A stretch of 63,803 bases of DNA, counting the filler, from Welwitschia mirabilis (Eukaryota): NCBI GenBank assembly GCA_051453625.1. It is 6 parts of one record of this genome, joined end to end, with 100 filler letters (N's around TTAATTAATTAA, not from the genome) between each part and the next. Parts side by side here need not be neighbours in the genome. Positions count along the whole stretch, not along the records: positions 15,503 to 46,258 come from JBOZIK010000001.1; positions 46,359 to 53,764 come from JBOZIK010000001.1; 4 more parts are not named here. The stretch is one strand, 5' to 3'. The position numbers were made by a program, and so were the translations under genes. Shown piece after piece: positions 40,023 to 53,864 of this stretch. The notes under the pieces were generated by a model, which was given only the letters and a program-made list of their open reading frames with translations, ran no database searches and was not told the origin of the DNA. Numbering within the stretch: position 1 is the stretch's first letter; each line of letters opens with the position of its first letter.

Positions 40023-43000
40023 TGTTATGAGCTATTTTGTAGGAAATTTATATAGGTTTAAATGCAATTCTAGGAATTATGGAGAGTAAATCGATGATCA
40101 CAAAACTGTGTAATTATTGGCCTATTTAGAGGCATTTATAACATATTCTAACACTCAGCAACCTAGAGGAAGATTACTAATAAAAAGACAGACTTCTCTT
40201 AAGTTGAAAGAACAAAGAGAATTGTCTTTCCCTCTATTATCCACACAACAGGTAGGACAATAACACTATATAAGCCACACAAGAATGCTAATGTAAAATA
40301 GAGCCAATACCACTGAAGTTATTTTTTCTAAAAAGGTATTATCTCCATGATCATCCTCATGACATCCAGGATGACAAATGATAACACATGTACCATCATC
40401 CCTTGGTTATTCCCAAATAGTTAGGACAATACCTAAAATGGTTAGTTAAATTTCATCTATTTCATCCATTTTTTTCTTAAATTTGAGTGCATTTTTCAGC
40501 ACATTTTGTATGACAATTTTGTCTTCTTTATTGTATAAATAACCCCCATTCCAATAACTCTCCTATCCATCTTTAATGTATTAGACATTTTTGTGATAAA
40601 AGATCGAAGGATGGGAGATTCATTTTGTGAGTTATAAAAAGAGATTTCCTTAGTAAAGTGTTGTGCATCCTTTATTAAGGCATGGTTTTGTAACCCAGAT
40701 GCTAGTTTAATTTTTAATACCAAACTTTATTTCTTTTGTGCATTTATACATTTAATTTTCCTTATGATTTATGTTTTTATTAATTCGGTGATAGTCTCAT
40801 TAATGATATTGGTCTTAAGGAAAACATTTGTCAAGATTAATGAAAGTAATTTAGAATCATATTGCATTACATTTATTTGAATCACTTGATACCCTAATTC
40901 AGTCTTAGTTAGTGATAGTTTTCCTAGATGATCTAGGTTATGTAAGGTTAATCTTTTTGACAAGTCGATTTAGTAATTAGATAGGTGTTCATCTAGGTTA
41001 AGTCATTTTTATATTGCATTGCATGTTATTTTCCTACATCATTCACAAGAATAGGATATAATATTTCCTTTTAGAATCAATTCTCCTCCTTCTCTCACAT
41101 GCCTTTAATGATTTTATGACATTTGGGTCACTCTCATTTATACTAGAGTATCATATTTTGTAATATATCTATTTTTATTAATAGGATTCAATAAGATGTA
41201 AAGGATTACAAAAATACACACTATAACATCTTAGCACCATTATCGGGAAAGGCTACTGAGGAGCACAAGGATTGTCATCACTTAAGTAAGTAAATCAGAT
41301 TTTAATTCAGATATTTATCTATAACGACATTGTATTTCTATTTAGGAATTATAGTTTTTTAGTTTGTAGTTTTCTATTTTTTTTCAATTTTTTAATAACA
41401 TTCTATTGTCCTCTCTATTGTTTTCATGACATTAAGAATGATGACTAAGCTTTATCAGTTTATTTTTAGTCTATAAATTTTTCTTTTTATAGCTTTAGTG
41501 GTAGAAAAATAACCATCACTTCTATTATGGTCCCACGGCAAGATGGATGATAGCTTTATTTTCTACTTTCTATTTTCTACTAATTTTTTGTTTTCTGTTT
41601 CTGCTTTATATTTTTGTTGTCCCCTCTACCATCCTCATGATAAGGCAGATGACTATTAGTTATTTTTAATTTTATTTTCAATTGTTTTCTATTTGAAGAA
41701 TGCTATGACATGGTCAATTCGGGAAAGAAATATCAAAGAGAAAGGATGTTAATAAAGGAAAACATCAAAGATGGATTGATCCACTTTAAATTAGATTCAG
41801 GAATACAATCTCCAAGTGCGTACAATATCCCTTATAATTTCATTTTTCCTAAATCTGATTCCATAAAATAAATGTTTTTAAAAATTACTTTAGAATAAGA
41901 TAGTTTTATGATGTCAAAAACTATGTGAAAATACAAGCCAGTTATAGGGTCTTCAACCCCTCGTCCTAATGCAAACCTTATCCTTAAGGAACTAATAGCT
42001 AATAGAAAATAGAAAATTCAAACTCCTTTTGATTTACTCCCATGATATGATTTTGACTTAAAGAATTTAAATTCTTATTCCATCTTTAGTGATTAACACG
42101 ATGAGGATCCCCTTCAACACATTATAGACATTGAACAATTAGTGATTACCTCTAAAAATGGAAAGAAAAGATTAGTGATTGTACTTATATACTCATTTTA
42201 CCCATTATGTTAAAAGAAAATCCAAAACTTTCTTTAAAAACTATACCTCACAAGAGTCTAAAAACTTGAAATCAAGTCTAGGAAGTGTTCCTTAAAAGAT
42301 TTATGAGAAAGAAACTATTAGAAAAATAAAAAAAGAAAATAACAAATTTCCAACAACAACCAAATGAAGATTATGCTTCTACACACAAATGCTTCTTTAT
42401 CATAATCCATTCTAATCTGCTAGATGATTTCACATAAGAAGAGCTAATAGATTACTTTTATAGTGGTCTAAACAGTTAAACAAAATAACTCATTGATTTT
42501 TCTTGTGGTAAAAACCTAATGAATCTTACATTAGAAAATGCTTGAAAAACATTAGAAGAACTTGTATAAGTGAGCCAAACTTGGTCAACATTAAGAGATA
42601 ATTTTATTGTAGGATAAATCATCAAAGATTTAAAGGAATTTAAACCAAAAAAGGAGAGAATCAAAATATAAAACAAACCTATAAATTTGATTAAAGATTT
42701 TACAACAACTTTAGAGAAGTATGTTGAGATAATTCTAGATGCAAAATCAGCAACTAAAAAGAGTGTTGTATCAATGTGTGACTTATATGAGGACAACTAT
42801 CACATAACCAAAGATTCTCTACTATTGCCAACATAAAAGGAGAAAATGTATGAAGAAGTTTATGCCTTCAACCAAAAAATTTCAAACCTCTAAAACCAAA
42901 ACCAAAACCTATCATAACCTAGGATGAATCCACAATCTAATTTCAAACCTTTGACAAAAAATTCAAAAATTTTTGAAAAAAATTTAACCTTTTAAAAATA

Positions 43001-46000
43001 AATTTGAAAGTTCTAACTTTCAACCAAGTTCATCAAACTTTCAACATTAAAATGATTCACTTAGAAATTATATAGATGAACTTAGGAAATCACAAGAAAA
43101 GACAAACTCTAGCATTGAAAAGACAAATGCCAACATTAAAAAATTTATAAATGTCCTTTAACAAATCATGTTAATAAATTAAAGACCATAAGGATCATTA
43201 GCAACACAACCTCTACCAAATTTCAATGAAGTGAGAAAAGATTGTAAGATTATAATACAAAGTAGACATGAATTAAACCTCCTTCTTGTGAAGCATCAAC
43301 CTTCCAAAATGATATAAAAATGATGAAAAAGAAGAGGACATCAAAATATTAGAAAATATCAACTTTCCTTCTCCTAGAAAAAGTAAAAAAAAAAAAAATC
43401 TTCATAATAAACAATAAAGAAACTAGCTACCCCTTAGTTTAATAGGCTTAATACTAATATAACCTTTGATAAACATCTCATAATCTTAATGCAAAATGTG
43501 AGTATAAACTTACAATTCTAAAAACATTTGCAGAAAAATTTAAAATACTCTAAGCTATGGAAAGGCTTAATAAGAAGAAAACAAAAGCAAATTATTCCTA
43601 GAAAATTCTTTTTAATTTAATCTTTTACAAATTTAGTGTTATAAAAATCTCAAAAATTCAAGGATCTAGGGGCAACAACATTGAGTGTTATATTAGAAAG
43701 AGAAAAAAGAATAAAAATGGCTTTAATTGATATTGGAGTGAGTGTTAACATGAGGCCACTACATATTTGTAAGAGACTCAGTTTAGAAGGTAGATAGAGC
43801 CTACTCGAATTCTCTTAGAATTAGTAGATACATTGGCTAAAAAACTCTTAAGTGTCATCAAAATTGAGTGATCTGAATGAAGAGGCATTCTACCCATTAG
43901 ATGTCGTTATTATAGAAGTTAAACATAACAAAGATTACCCATTACTTCTAGAAAGAGCCTTCTGTGAAATAGCTCCTTGCATTATAGAAACAAGAACTTA
44001 GATGATGGAGTGTCATCTAGGAAATAAAACATTTCTTATTAGAGTCTTTTATGTAGCTAAGAAATACCTAGGTGATGAATGGGACAAATTAAATCAACCT
44101 TATTCCTTTAACATCATTTCCTTGAAGAAAGATGGCTAATGATACATAAACCTACACTTTATAATGATCCACTTGAAATTAAAAACTTAAAAGCTTTCAA
44201 TACATCCAAGTTTGAACATTTAGAAAATCACTTTTTAGATCAAAATAAAGAAGAAATTGAACCCTTAGTCTATAAGAAAGTCCAACTATTAATAACAAGT
44301 AAAAATTTACACTTTGAGGGAGATCATCCACTACATAAGTCAGAAACTGAAAATCTTAATTTGAGTTTGAATATAAAAAACCTTCCTAATGGATTAAAGT
44401 ATATTTTTCTTTATAAAAATTAGAACAAATCTCTCATAATCAATGAAAATTTCTTCCTTGAATAAGAATTGATCTTAATCTTTCTTTTGAGTTTCAAAAT
44501 TCATGCATTCGCTTAGTCTCATAAAGATTGATCTACAATTCCTTCTTCCATTGTTTAATATAAAATCTATCTTAAGAAAAATGCAAAACTTATTAGGCAA
44601 CTATAAAAAATATTAAATCCAGCACTTAAATAAGTAGTTAATGATAAAATTATTAAGTTAATGGATGCTATAATCATTTACGCTATATCATATAGTGAAT
44701 GGGTTAGTTCCTTGATTGTAATAACGAAAAAGGTGGAAAATGGAGAGTATGCATAGATTTTAAAAAACTAAATGAAGTCATAAAGAAATATCATTATCCA
44801 CTATTATTTCTTAACTAGATACTTAATAGAATTTAGGGACATTATTTTTATCACTTTTTAGATGGATATAGTAGTTAAAACCAAGTTTTCATAGCTAGCA
44901 AAGATTAGGCTGAAACAACTTTTACTTTGCCTTTTGGAATGTTTACTTTTAGATGAATGTCTTTTAAATTATATAATGATCCTAAAACTTTCTAACATGA
45001 TATGATGGGTATTTTTTAGGACATATTAGAGGATTTGATAAAAATCTTTATAGATGACTTTTCAATATTTGGAAAAACCTTTGATCAAATATTAGAAAGA
45101 TTAGAAAAAGTCCTTGATATATGCATAGAGTATGGAATTCATTTAAATTTAGAAAATATCTTATTCTTTGTTGAAATTGGAATTGTTCTAAGCCATAACA
45201 TTTCTAAAAGAGAAATTAAGATGAATCCTAAGAAGGTTGGTATCATTCAATACTTAACTTCTCCAATGAATGTTAAGTAACTTCAATATTTTCTTGGACA
45301 TTGTGGTTTTTACTGCTGCTTCTTATAAGATTATGCTAAGATCTATAAACCCCTATACTCATTATTAGAAAAAGAAGTTGAATTTGATTGGAGTACATCT
45401 TACTAGCTTACTTTCGATAAACTCAAACATAAACTCTTTTATGATCCTATTGTAATAGGATCTAATTGGGAAAAATACTTTGAATTAATGTATGATGCTA
45501 GTAATTTTTCTATAGCTAAGGTGATTGGATAGAAATATTAAAATGATTTTAAAGCCATATCTTACTATAGTAAAACGTTGTTCAAAGTTTAAGCAAATTA
45601 TGCAACTACCAAGAGAGAAATGTTAGGCATAATCTTTTGTCTTAATACTGTTAGACATTATCTTTTAGACTTTTACACAAATATTTACATAGGCCATGTA
45701 GTAATTAAATACTTAATGACTAAAAAATATTCTATCACTAAGTTGATTAGATAGATCCTCTTAATGTAAGAATTTAATCTCACCATCATAAATAAGGAAT
45801 AAAAACACAACAATGTAGCAGATCACTTATCATGCCTTACTTCTTCTTATGATGATCTTCCTCTTAGTGATTTCTTTCTAGATGAAGAACTATTTATTGT
45901 ATCTTTTAATTATGTCCCTCTATAATACGTAGATATTGTCAACTATCTTGTTACTTTAAAAACACCATAAAATTGAAGTCATAATAAAAGAAAATCATTT

Positions 46001-46258
46001 TCTCATAGGATAGATGACTATGAGTGGAGAGTGTCCCATCTTTATTGTGAGAACATGTATACTAGAATGGGAAAAACCTGATATCCTTTACCTTTTCATG
46101 GTGCAGTTTGTAGTGGAGATTTTAATGGTCAGAAAAAACCCATGAAAATTCTTCACTCTAGATTCTATTAGCCTAGCCTTTTTTAAGAGTCTTTTGAGTA
46201 TGCTATAGGGTGTGATGCATGTTAACATTTTGGTAACCTTTCATGATTGTTAAAAATG
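40023..46258 (+). mobile_element. Family A Gypsy element: 5' LTR 40023-41228, PBS 41232-41249, degenerate gag-PR-RT-RNase H-INT, truncated by a scaffold join
   Basis: LTR TGTTATG...CTATAACA; PBS TAGCACCATTATCGGGAA; Gypsy domain order follows. Confidence 0.9.
41700..46258 (+). pseudogene. Degenerate Gypsy gag-pol
   Basis: Gag HDEDPLQHI (~42100); PR ALIDIGVSVNM (~43720); LKYIFL; RT WVSSLIVITKK-GKWRVCIDFKKLN, FLDGYS, KIFIDDFSIFG; RNase H MYDASNFSI, NYATTKREML, VADHLS; INT KILHSRFY*PSLFKESFEYAIGCDAC. Confidence 0.9.
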
Positions 46259-46357
46259 NNNNNNNNNNNNNNNNNNNNNNNNNNNNNNNNNNNNNNNNNN
46301 NNTTAATTAATTAANNNNNNNNNNNNNNNNNNNNNNNNNNNNNNNNNNNNNNNNNNN

Positions 46358-48846
46358 NTTTAACATAAGAAAATATAATACATTTTAAAAGAATGTGATT
46401 TAATATGATATGGTATAATATATGTTACAATAATATAATCTGATATATTATAATCATAATACAATTTATTATTTATGCATATAAAATAACATAATAAAAT
46501 GTGTTAAGGAATATATGGAACGGAATACATTATACTTGCCATATGTTATAAAATATAACATAATCATGTTATAACACAATATTATCATAAAATAATAAAA
46601 TATGATATAGTATAATGGATATAACCTTATGCTTAGAGAATAACCTATTATAAAATGGCCCAATGTTATACCTATAATGTAATCTAATCTAATCCAATAT
46701 ATATGTAATAAGTTGCATTATACATACAATGTTATATGAGGTAATATGCCTTATAAACATTCAATATAAACCTTTTTTCATAAACAAAATCAAGGTATGA
46801 AATAAGGCACTATATAAGCCTATTTCCTCTACACATATGTTAATGCCTATTTCTTTATGACCTTGGTTATTCTTTGCCATTTACATACTTTAATAGTAAA
46901 TTGGAGTTAATACAATAATTAAAACTAGATAGCTTAAAAATTGAAGAAAAAGGTCTTCTAATAAAATACTTTATGAAAATAAAAGTATCAAACTAAACCA
47001 GCTCATTGTTTGCTATAATGAGAAATTCAATGGTGAAGTAAAAACAAAAATCATGAAACATAAAAACTAAGAAGACATAGCACAACATTTATACCACGTA
47101 AATATTAAAATGATAATAAATCAAGTGGCCCTCAAATCTAAGGCAAAACAACTTGTAACGCTAATTGATCAGACATAGTTTAAATACTTGAAAGTTTTAA
47201 GACTTACCTGGCATTAGTCTGAACATTTCACTGCACTTGCGATTTATATGGACTTCTCGTTTTGTAATGAGTTGTTTTTCCTTCTTAGAATTAGACCGCT
47301 CTCCTTTCTTGGCTATTGCAGAAATAAGCTCATTAGTCACGCTCTCCTGCCAATGCCAATCTTTTCTTCTTGCCAATGCCGGTCTTGCATTTTGTCAGTG
47401 CTCTCCAATCTAGACGCGCTTGCTAACATCAGCCTTTTACAAATCATCGGCGCTCTCTATACTAGACGCACTCACTCGCATTTTTGTCTCCTCTAAAAGC
47501 TGATGTCTCCCCGATTCAGACCTCTACACCATTGCTTTCTTTAACTCCACAACATCTGTTGGTTTCTCATCCTCCTTTCACTCCTTTGAAGTTTACACAT
47601 GTGTCTTCGTTCCCTACTTCATTCCCTACCGCTACTTCACAAAAAAATGAATGCAGAACCACACAACCAAAACTTTACCTCGTAGCACTCATGCTTCACG
47701 GCCATTTCCAAACCCTAAAAGAACTCAAAAAATCCATCAAAGCTATCACCAACAGAATAAAGGAAGCTATGAATGGTGTGTGGCTAGTGTTAAAAAATAA
47801 TGCTGAGATGCAATTTCATAGCCTTGCAGTTTAAATATGAAACACAATTCTGCATCTTCGCGGCATTGTTCAATCTCCTTCAAGAACTTTCATTTGAGGA
47901 ACGCTTTTTAGAACTCATGAAATGTGCGCATTCTTTCTGGCATTTAATCTGAAAGCGGTATTCTCCACTGTTAAGCTCTCGTTTCTTTGACAGACATCGC
48001 CTGCAACTTCAAATGAAAAGGTGCCTTCATCCTTTATAAAGGAAATCCTTTCCCTTTGGCATCCCTATTTTTGTACATTTCTCATGTCCCTACGCTCCAT
48101 CCCTTTTGTGTTATGAGCACTACAGTATCAATGAATGAACATCAACTATCTGTAAAGAATAACAAAGAGGAGGGGAATTTTTGGTGGAGCTTATTTAAGT
48201 TGCCCACCTGGTACCTCCATCCCCTATTGCAAGAGAGTTTCAATGTTAAAGTAATAAAGGAGTAAATGCCATCAACTCCCCTTCTGTTGTGTCTCTGATT
48301 ACACCTTCATTATGAGTGCAGAGTTCTATTAACCATCATGAGTAATAGCTAAGATAAAGTAGTCTCCCACTTTGAATCTGAAAGCTATCATTTATTCCAA
48401 CTGCTTCCTAACCTAGCCCTTTTCTCCATCATTAAATCATTTACCGAATCATCCTTCTACTTGTGCACATGTATACTTGTTATTTACATTTTTTTTTTCA
48501 CATTTACAAACATAATGATAGGTTTATTATTTGTTTTTTTTGAAATATTTAATACATAAGATAGAATACTTTAGAATTTAAGTATGCTTTAAGAGATTAA
48601 TATAAGATGAAATATAATGAATAATTAGTTCACCAATTAGGTGCATTTTCTCATTAGTGTAAAGGACATAAAGAATTTAAACTAAGGCTATACTAGTTAA
48701 TTTGTCTAGTGACAAAAATTATTTAATTTACATAAAATTAATACATAATTTATAATTCATCAAATATCCATCATACCATTAAAAATAAGTCATCAAGGCC
48801 ATCTAGAGGGTTGTAAAACAAGGGTATAAATTAAATATGTTTAATA
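46358..48846. repeat. Copy 1 of a long direct repeat (probable long LTR, family G)
   Basis: ~46570-48335 aligns with 51993-53764 at high similarity with several indels; AT-rich low-complexity sequence on the left. Confidence 0.85.
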
Positions 48847-49578
48847 NNNNNNNNNNNNNNNNNNNNNNNNNNNNNNNNNNNNNNNNNNNNNNNNNNNNNN
48901 NNNNNNNNNNNNNNNNNNNNNNNNNNNNNNNNNNNNNNNNNNNNNNNNNNNNNNNNNNNNNNNNNNNNNNNNNNNNNNNNNNNNNNNNNNNNNNNNNNNN
49001 NNNNNNNNNNNNNNNNNNNNNNNNNNNNNNNNNNNNNNNNNNNNNNNNNNNNNNNNNNNNNNNNNNNNNNNNNNNNNNNNNNNNNNNNNNNNNNNNNNNN
49101 NNNNNNNNNNNNNNNNNNNNNNNNNNNNNNNNNNNNNNNNNNNNNNNNNNNNNNNNNNNNNNNNNNNNNNNNNNNNNNNNNNNNNNNNNNNNNNNNNNNN
49201 NNNNNNNNNNNNNNNNNNNNNNNNNNNNNNNNNNNNNNNNNNNNNNNNNNNNNNNNNNNNNNNNNNNNNNNNNNNNNNNNNNNNNNNNNNNNNNNNNNNN
49301 NNNNNNNNNNNNNNNNNNNNNNNNNNNNNNNNNNNNNNNNNNNNNNNNNNNNNNNNNNNNNNNNNNNNNNNNNNNNNNNNNNNNNNNNNNNNNNNNNNNN
49401 NNNNNNNNNNNNNNNNNNNNNNNNNNNNNNNNNNNNNNNNNNNNNNNNNNNNNNNNNNNNNNNNNNNNNNNNNNNNNNNNNNNNNNNNNNNNNNNNNNNN
49501 NNNNNNNNNNNNNNNNNNNNNNNNNNNNNNNNNNNNNNNNNNNNNNNNNNNNNNNNNNNNNNNNNNNNNNNNNNNNNA

Positions 49579-52500
49579 AGCCAGTAATTGCTAAAATAAT
49601 CATTGTTAAGTTAATTAAGCGAAAGGTCTAAACCTAATCTCTAATGTCAACTTTCAAAACCTCCACTTAGGCTGGACTTAAGAAGCACGAAATATCATGA
49701 AGGTTTTTTTTTTTTTGATTAAACAAAATTAGCTTATAAGACACAATTAAACATTGCAGTAGATCAATTAGTTTGAAATTGAGATAATCACCTTTCAATT
49801 ACCCATAGAATACACCTCAGGAGAACTATATAAGGATAGCTCACCTGATTATTATCATATTCCATATTATCGTTATTTAGGAACCTCATTTAGGAACATA
49901 CCAGTGGGGTGTGTGATTTGTGGTTGAATGGTTAGTTACATCCATAGCCAAGCAACCATGCCTACATATCCTCATTCAAAGGAGATCAGACCATATGTAG
50001 TTCTATCTTGAACCTCATTCCCATCTTCACCAATATGCATGAGTGTATGATGGATCAAGGTATTCCATGTTAATGGCATAGGGCAAAATTAAGCATAAGT
50101 CAATGCAATATTCAACTCAAATACAAAAGAGTATCATGACATATAAAATGACATGTCATCAAAACATATCACTCATGCAAATATATACATAAGCATTAAT
50201 AAATATGTCTAAAAATTATAGGAGGCAGTCAGTCATAAATTCTCGAGGTTACAACATTCATTCCTGATCAAGAATTCTAACGCATGAATAATCATAATGC
50301 ATATGAATAATTAACGTAAATCATATATGAGTACCCAAATGAATATATAGTAAACCCCTTGGTCACTTGACCAAAATATCCATTAGATACATAGAAGCTA
50401 ATCCTATCAAGAGGTCCCTCGACTCTCTCCCGTATCTTAGTCTATGCTAATGGGAGGGAATAATATATATAAAAATTATCCACTAGACACATAGAAGCTA
50501 AGCCTATCAAGAGGTCCCTTGACTCTATCCCTCATCTTATTTTATGCCAATGGGAGGGAATAATATATATAAATAAGCATTAGTNNNNNNNNNNNNNNNN
50601 NNNNNNNNNNNNNNNNNNNNNNNNNNNNNNNNNNNNNNNNNNNNNNNNNNNNNNNNNNNNNNNNNNNNNNNNNNNNNNNNNNNNTTCGTTGGGATTACTA
50701 CATTCGGGTGAACTCCCGTCTATACTAGCTTGTGTTTTTTTGCAAGTTATATGATTTACAGGTTTACCTAAAGAGCTCAATATTGCATCAAATTCACACT
50801 GCAACATATTATAACTTAATATAATCTAAATTAATATAGCACAATATATAAACATCTATTATATAATATAATACATGTGTTCTAAATTTGATATAATAAT
50901 GGAACATCATAATATGGCTATCACATAAGTTTGTATACAGATTGCATATTAGATTAATGATAAAAATAAGAGTATGTATGCATGTAAGATCTCATTAATT
51001 AAATCGATACTAGTACCTCTAGTACANNNNNNNNNNNNNNNNNNNNNNNNNNNNNNNNNNNNNNNNNNNNNNNNNNNNNNNNNNNNNNNNNNNNNNNNNN
51101 NNNNNNNNNNNNNNNNNNNNNNNNNNNNNNNNNNNNNNNNNNNNNNNNNNNNNNNNNNNNNNNNNNNNNNNNNNNNNNNNNNNNNNNNNNNNNNNNNNNN
51201 NNNNNNNNNNNNNNNNNNNNNNNNNNNNNNNNNNNNNNNNNNNNNNNNNNNNNNNNNNNNNNNNNNNNNNNNNNNNNNNNNNNNNNNNNNNNNNNNNNNN
51301 NNNNNNNNNNNNNNNNNNNNNNNNNNNNNNNNNNNNNNNNNNNNNNNNNNNNNNNNNNNNNNNNNNNNNNNNNNNNNNNNNNNNNNNNNNNNNNNNNNNN
51401 NNNNNNNNNNNNNNNNNNNNNNNNNNNNNNNNNNNNNNNNNNNNNNNNNNNNNNNNNNNNNNNNNNNNNNNNNNNNNNNNNNNNNNNNNNNNNNNNNNNN
51501 NNNNNNNNNNNNNNNNNNNNNNNNNNNNNNNNNNNNNNNNNNNNNNNNNNNNNNNNNNNNNNNNNNNNNNNNNNNNNNNNNNNNNNNNNNNNNNNNNNNN
51601 NNNNNNNNNNNNNNNNNNNNNNNNNNNNNNNNNNNNNNNNNNNNNNNNNNNNNNNNNNNNNNNNNNNNNNNNNNNNNNNNNNNNNNNNNNNNNNNNNNNN
51701 NNNNNNNNNNNNNNNNNNNNNNNNNNNNNNNNNNNNNNNNNNNNNNNNNNNNNNNNNNNNNNNNNNNNNNNNNNNNNNNNNNNNNNNNNNNNNNNNNNNN
51801 NNNNNNNNNNNNNNNNNNNNNNNNNNNNNNNNNNNNNNNNNNNNNNNNNNNNNNNNNNNNNNNNNNNNNNNNNNNNNNNNNNNNNNNNNNNNNNNNNNNN
51901 NNNNNNNNNNNNNNNNNNNNNNNNNNNNNNNNNNNNNNNNNNNNNNNNNNNNNNNNNNNNNNNNNNNNNNNNNNNNNNNNNNNNNNNNNNNNATATAACA
52001 CAATATTATCATAAAATAATAAAATATGATATAGTATAATGGGTATAACCTTATGCTTAGAGAATAAGCTATTATAAAATGACCTAATGTTATACCTATA
52101 ATGTAATCTAATATAATCCAATATATATGAAATAAGTTGCATTGTACATGTAATGTTATATGAGGTAATATGCCTTATAAACATTCAATATAAACCTTCT
52201 TTTATAAACAAAATTGAGGTATGAAATAAGGCACTATATCAGCCTATTTCCTCTACACATATGTTAATGCCTATTTCTTTATGACCTTCGTTATCCTTTG
52301 CCATTTACATACCTCAATAGTAAATTGGAGTTAACATAATAATCAAAACTAGATAGCTTAAAAATTGAAGAAAAAGGTCTTCTAATAAACTACTTTATGA
52401 AAATAAAAGTATCAAATTAAACCTGCTCATTTTTTGCTATTATAAATGAGTAATTCAATGGTGAAGTAAAAACAAAAAATCATGAAACATGAAAACTAAG

Positions 52501-53764
52501 AAGACATAGCACAACATTTATACCACACAAATACTAAAATGATAATAAATCAAGTGGCCCTTGAATCTAAGGCAAAACAACTCATAACACTAATTGATCA
52601 GGTATAGTTTAAAGACTTGAAAGTTTTAAGACTTACCTTAAGTTAGTCTAAACATTTCACTGCACTTTTAATTTATATGGGCTTCTCATTTTGTAATGAG
52701 TTGTCTTCCCTTCTCAGTCATGCTCTTCTGCCAATGCCGATCTTTCCTTCTTGTTAACACTGGTCTTGCATTTCGTTGACGCTCTCCAATCTAGACGCGC
52801 TTGCTAATACCAGCCTTTTGCAAATCATCAGCACTCTCCAATACTAGACACGCTCACTTGCATTTTTTTCTTCTTTGAAAGCCAATGTCTCCTCGATTTA
52901 GACCTCTACACCACTACTTTCTTCAACTCCACGACATCCATTGGTTTCTCATCCTCCTTTCACTCCTTCAAAGTTTACACATGCGTCTTCATTCCCTGTT
53001 GCTACTCCACGAAAAATGAATGCAGAACTACATATTCAAAACTTCATCCCGCAGCACTCATGCTTCATGGCCATTTCCAAACCCTAACAGAACTCAAAAA
53101 CTTCATCAAAGCTATCGCCAACAGAATAAAAAAAGCTATCAATGGTGCATGGCCAATGTTAAAGAACAATGCTGAGATGCAATTTTAGAGCCTTGCAGTT
53201 CAAATACAAAACATAGTTCTACATCTTCGGGGCATCGTTCAATCTCCTTCAAGAACTTTCGTTTAAGGAACGCTTTTTAGAACTCATGAAATGCGTGCAT
53301 TCTTTCTGACATTCAATCTGAAAGCGGTATTCTCCACTGTTAAGATCTCATTTCTTTGATGGACATTACCTGCAACTTCAAATGAAAAGGCACCTTCATC
53401 CTTTGCAAAGGAAATCCTTTCCCTTTGGCATCCTTGTTTCTGTGTATTTCTTGTATCCCTGCGTGCCATCCCTTTTATGTTGTGAGCACTACAGTATCAA
53501 GGAATGGACACCAACTATCTGTGAAGAATAACAGAGAGGAGGGAAGTTTTTGATGGAGCTTCCACAAAATTACAGAAAATGGATGATCTAAAGGTCATCT
53601 TTTTTCCCTCCCTTCATTTCTGATTTAAGTTGCCCACCTGGTACCTCCATCCCCCATTGCAAAAGAGTTTCAACGTTAAATTAATAGAGGAGTAAATGTC
53701 ATCAACTCCCCTTTCACTATGTCTCTAATTACACCTTCATTATGAGTGCAGAGTTTCACTGACC
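49579..53764. repeat. Copy 2 of the long repeat, including a ~100-bp tandem unit at ~50377-50575
   Basis: The left part aligns with 34.0-34.7 kb and the right part with 46.6-48.3 kb. The unit TATCCA.TAGA.ACATAGAAGCTAA...AATGGGAGGGAATAATATATATAAA occurs twice. Confidence 0.8.
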
Positions 53765-53864
53765 NNNNNNNNNNNNNNNNNNNNNNNNNNNNNNNNNNNN
53801 NNNNNNNNTTAATTAATTAANNNNNNNNNNNNNNNNNNNNNNNNNNNNNNNNNNNNNNNNNNNN

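Noticed and set aside
46380..46760. Quasi-periodic AT-rich pentamer-like pattern
   Set aside because: Low-complexity part of the long repeat, also present at 50.8-52.2 kb; no evidence of independent function.
47248..48265. Short ORFs in the GC-richer block as a possible host gene
   Set aside because: The frames are not preserved in the second copy (52.7-53.7 kb) and I recognise no domain.
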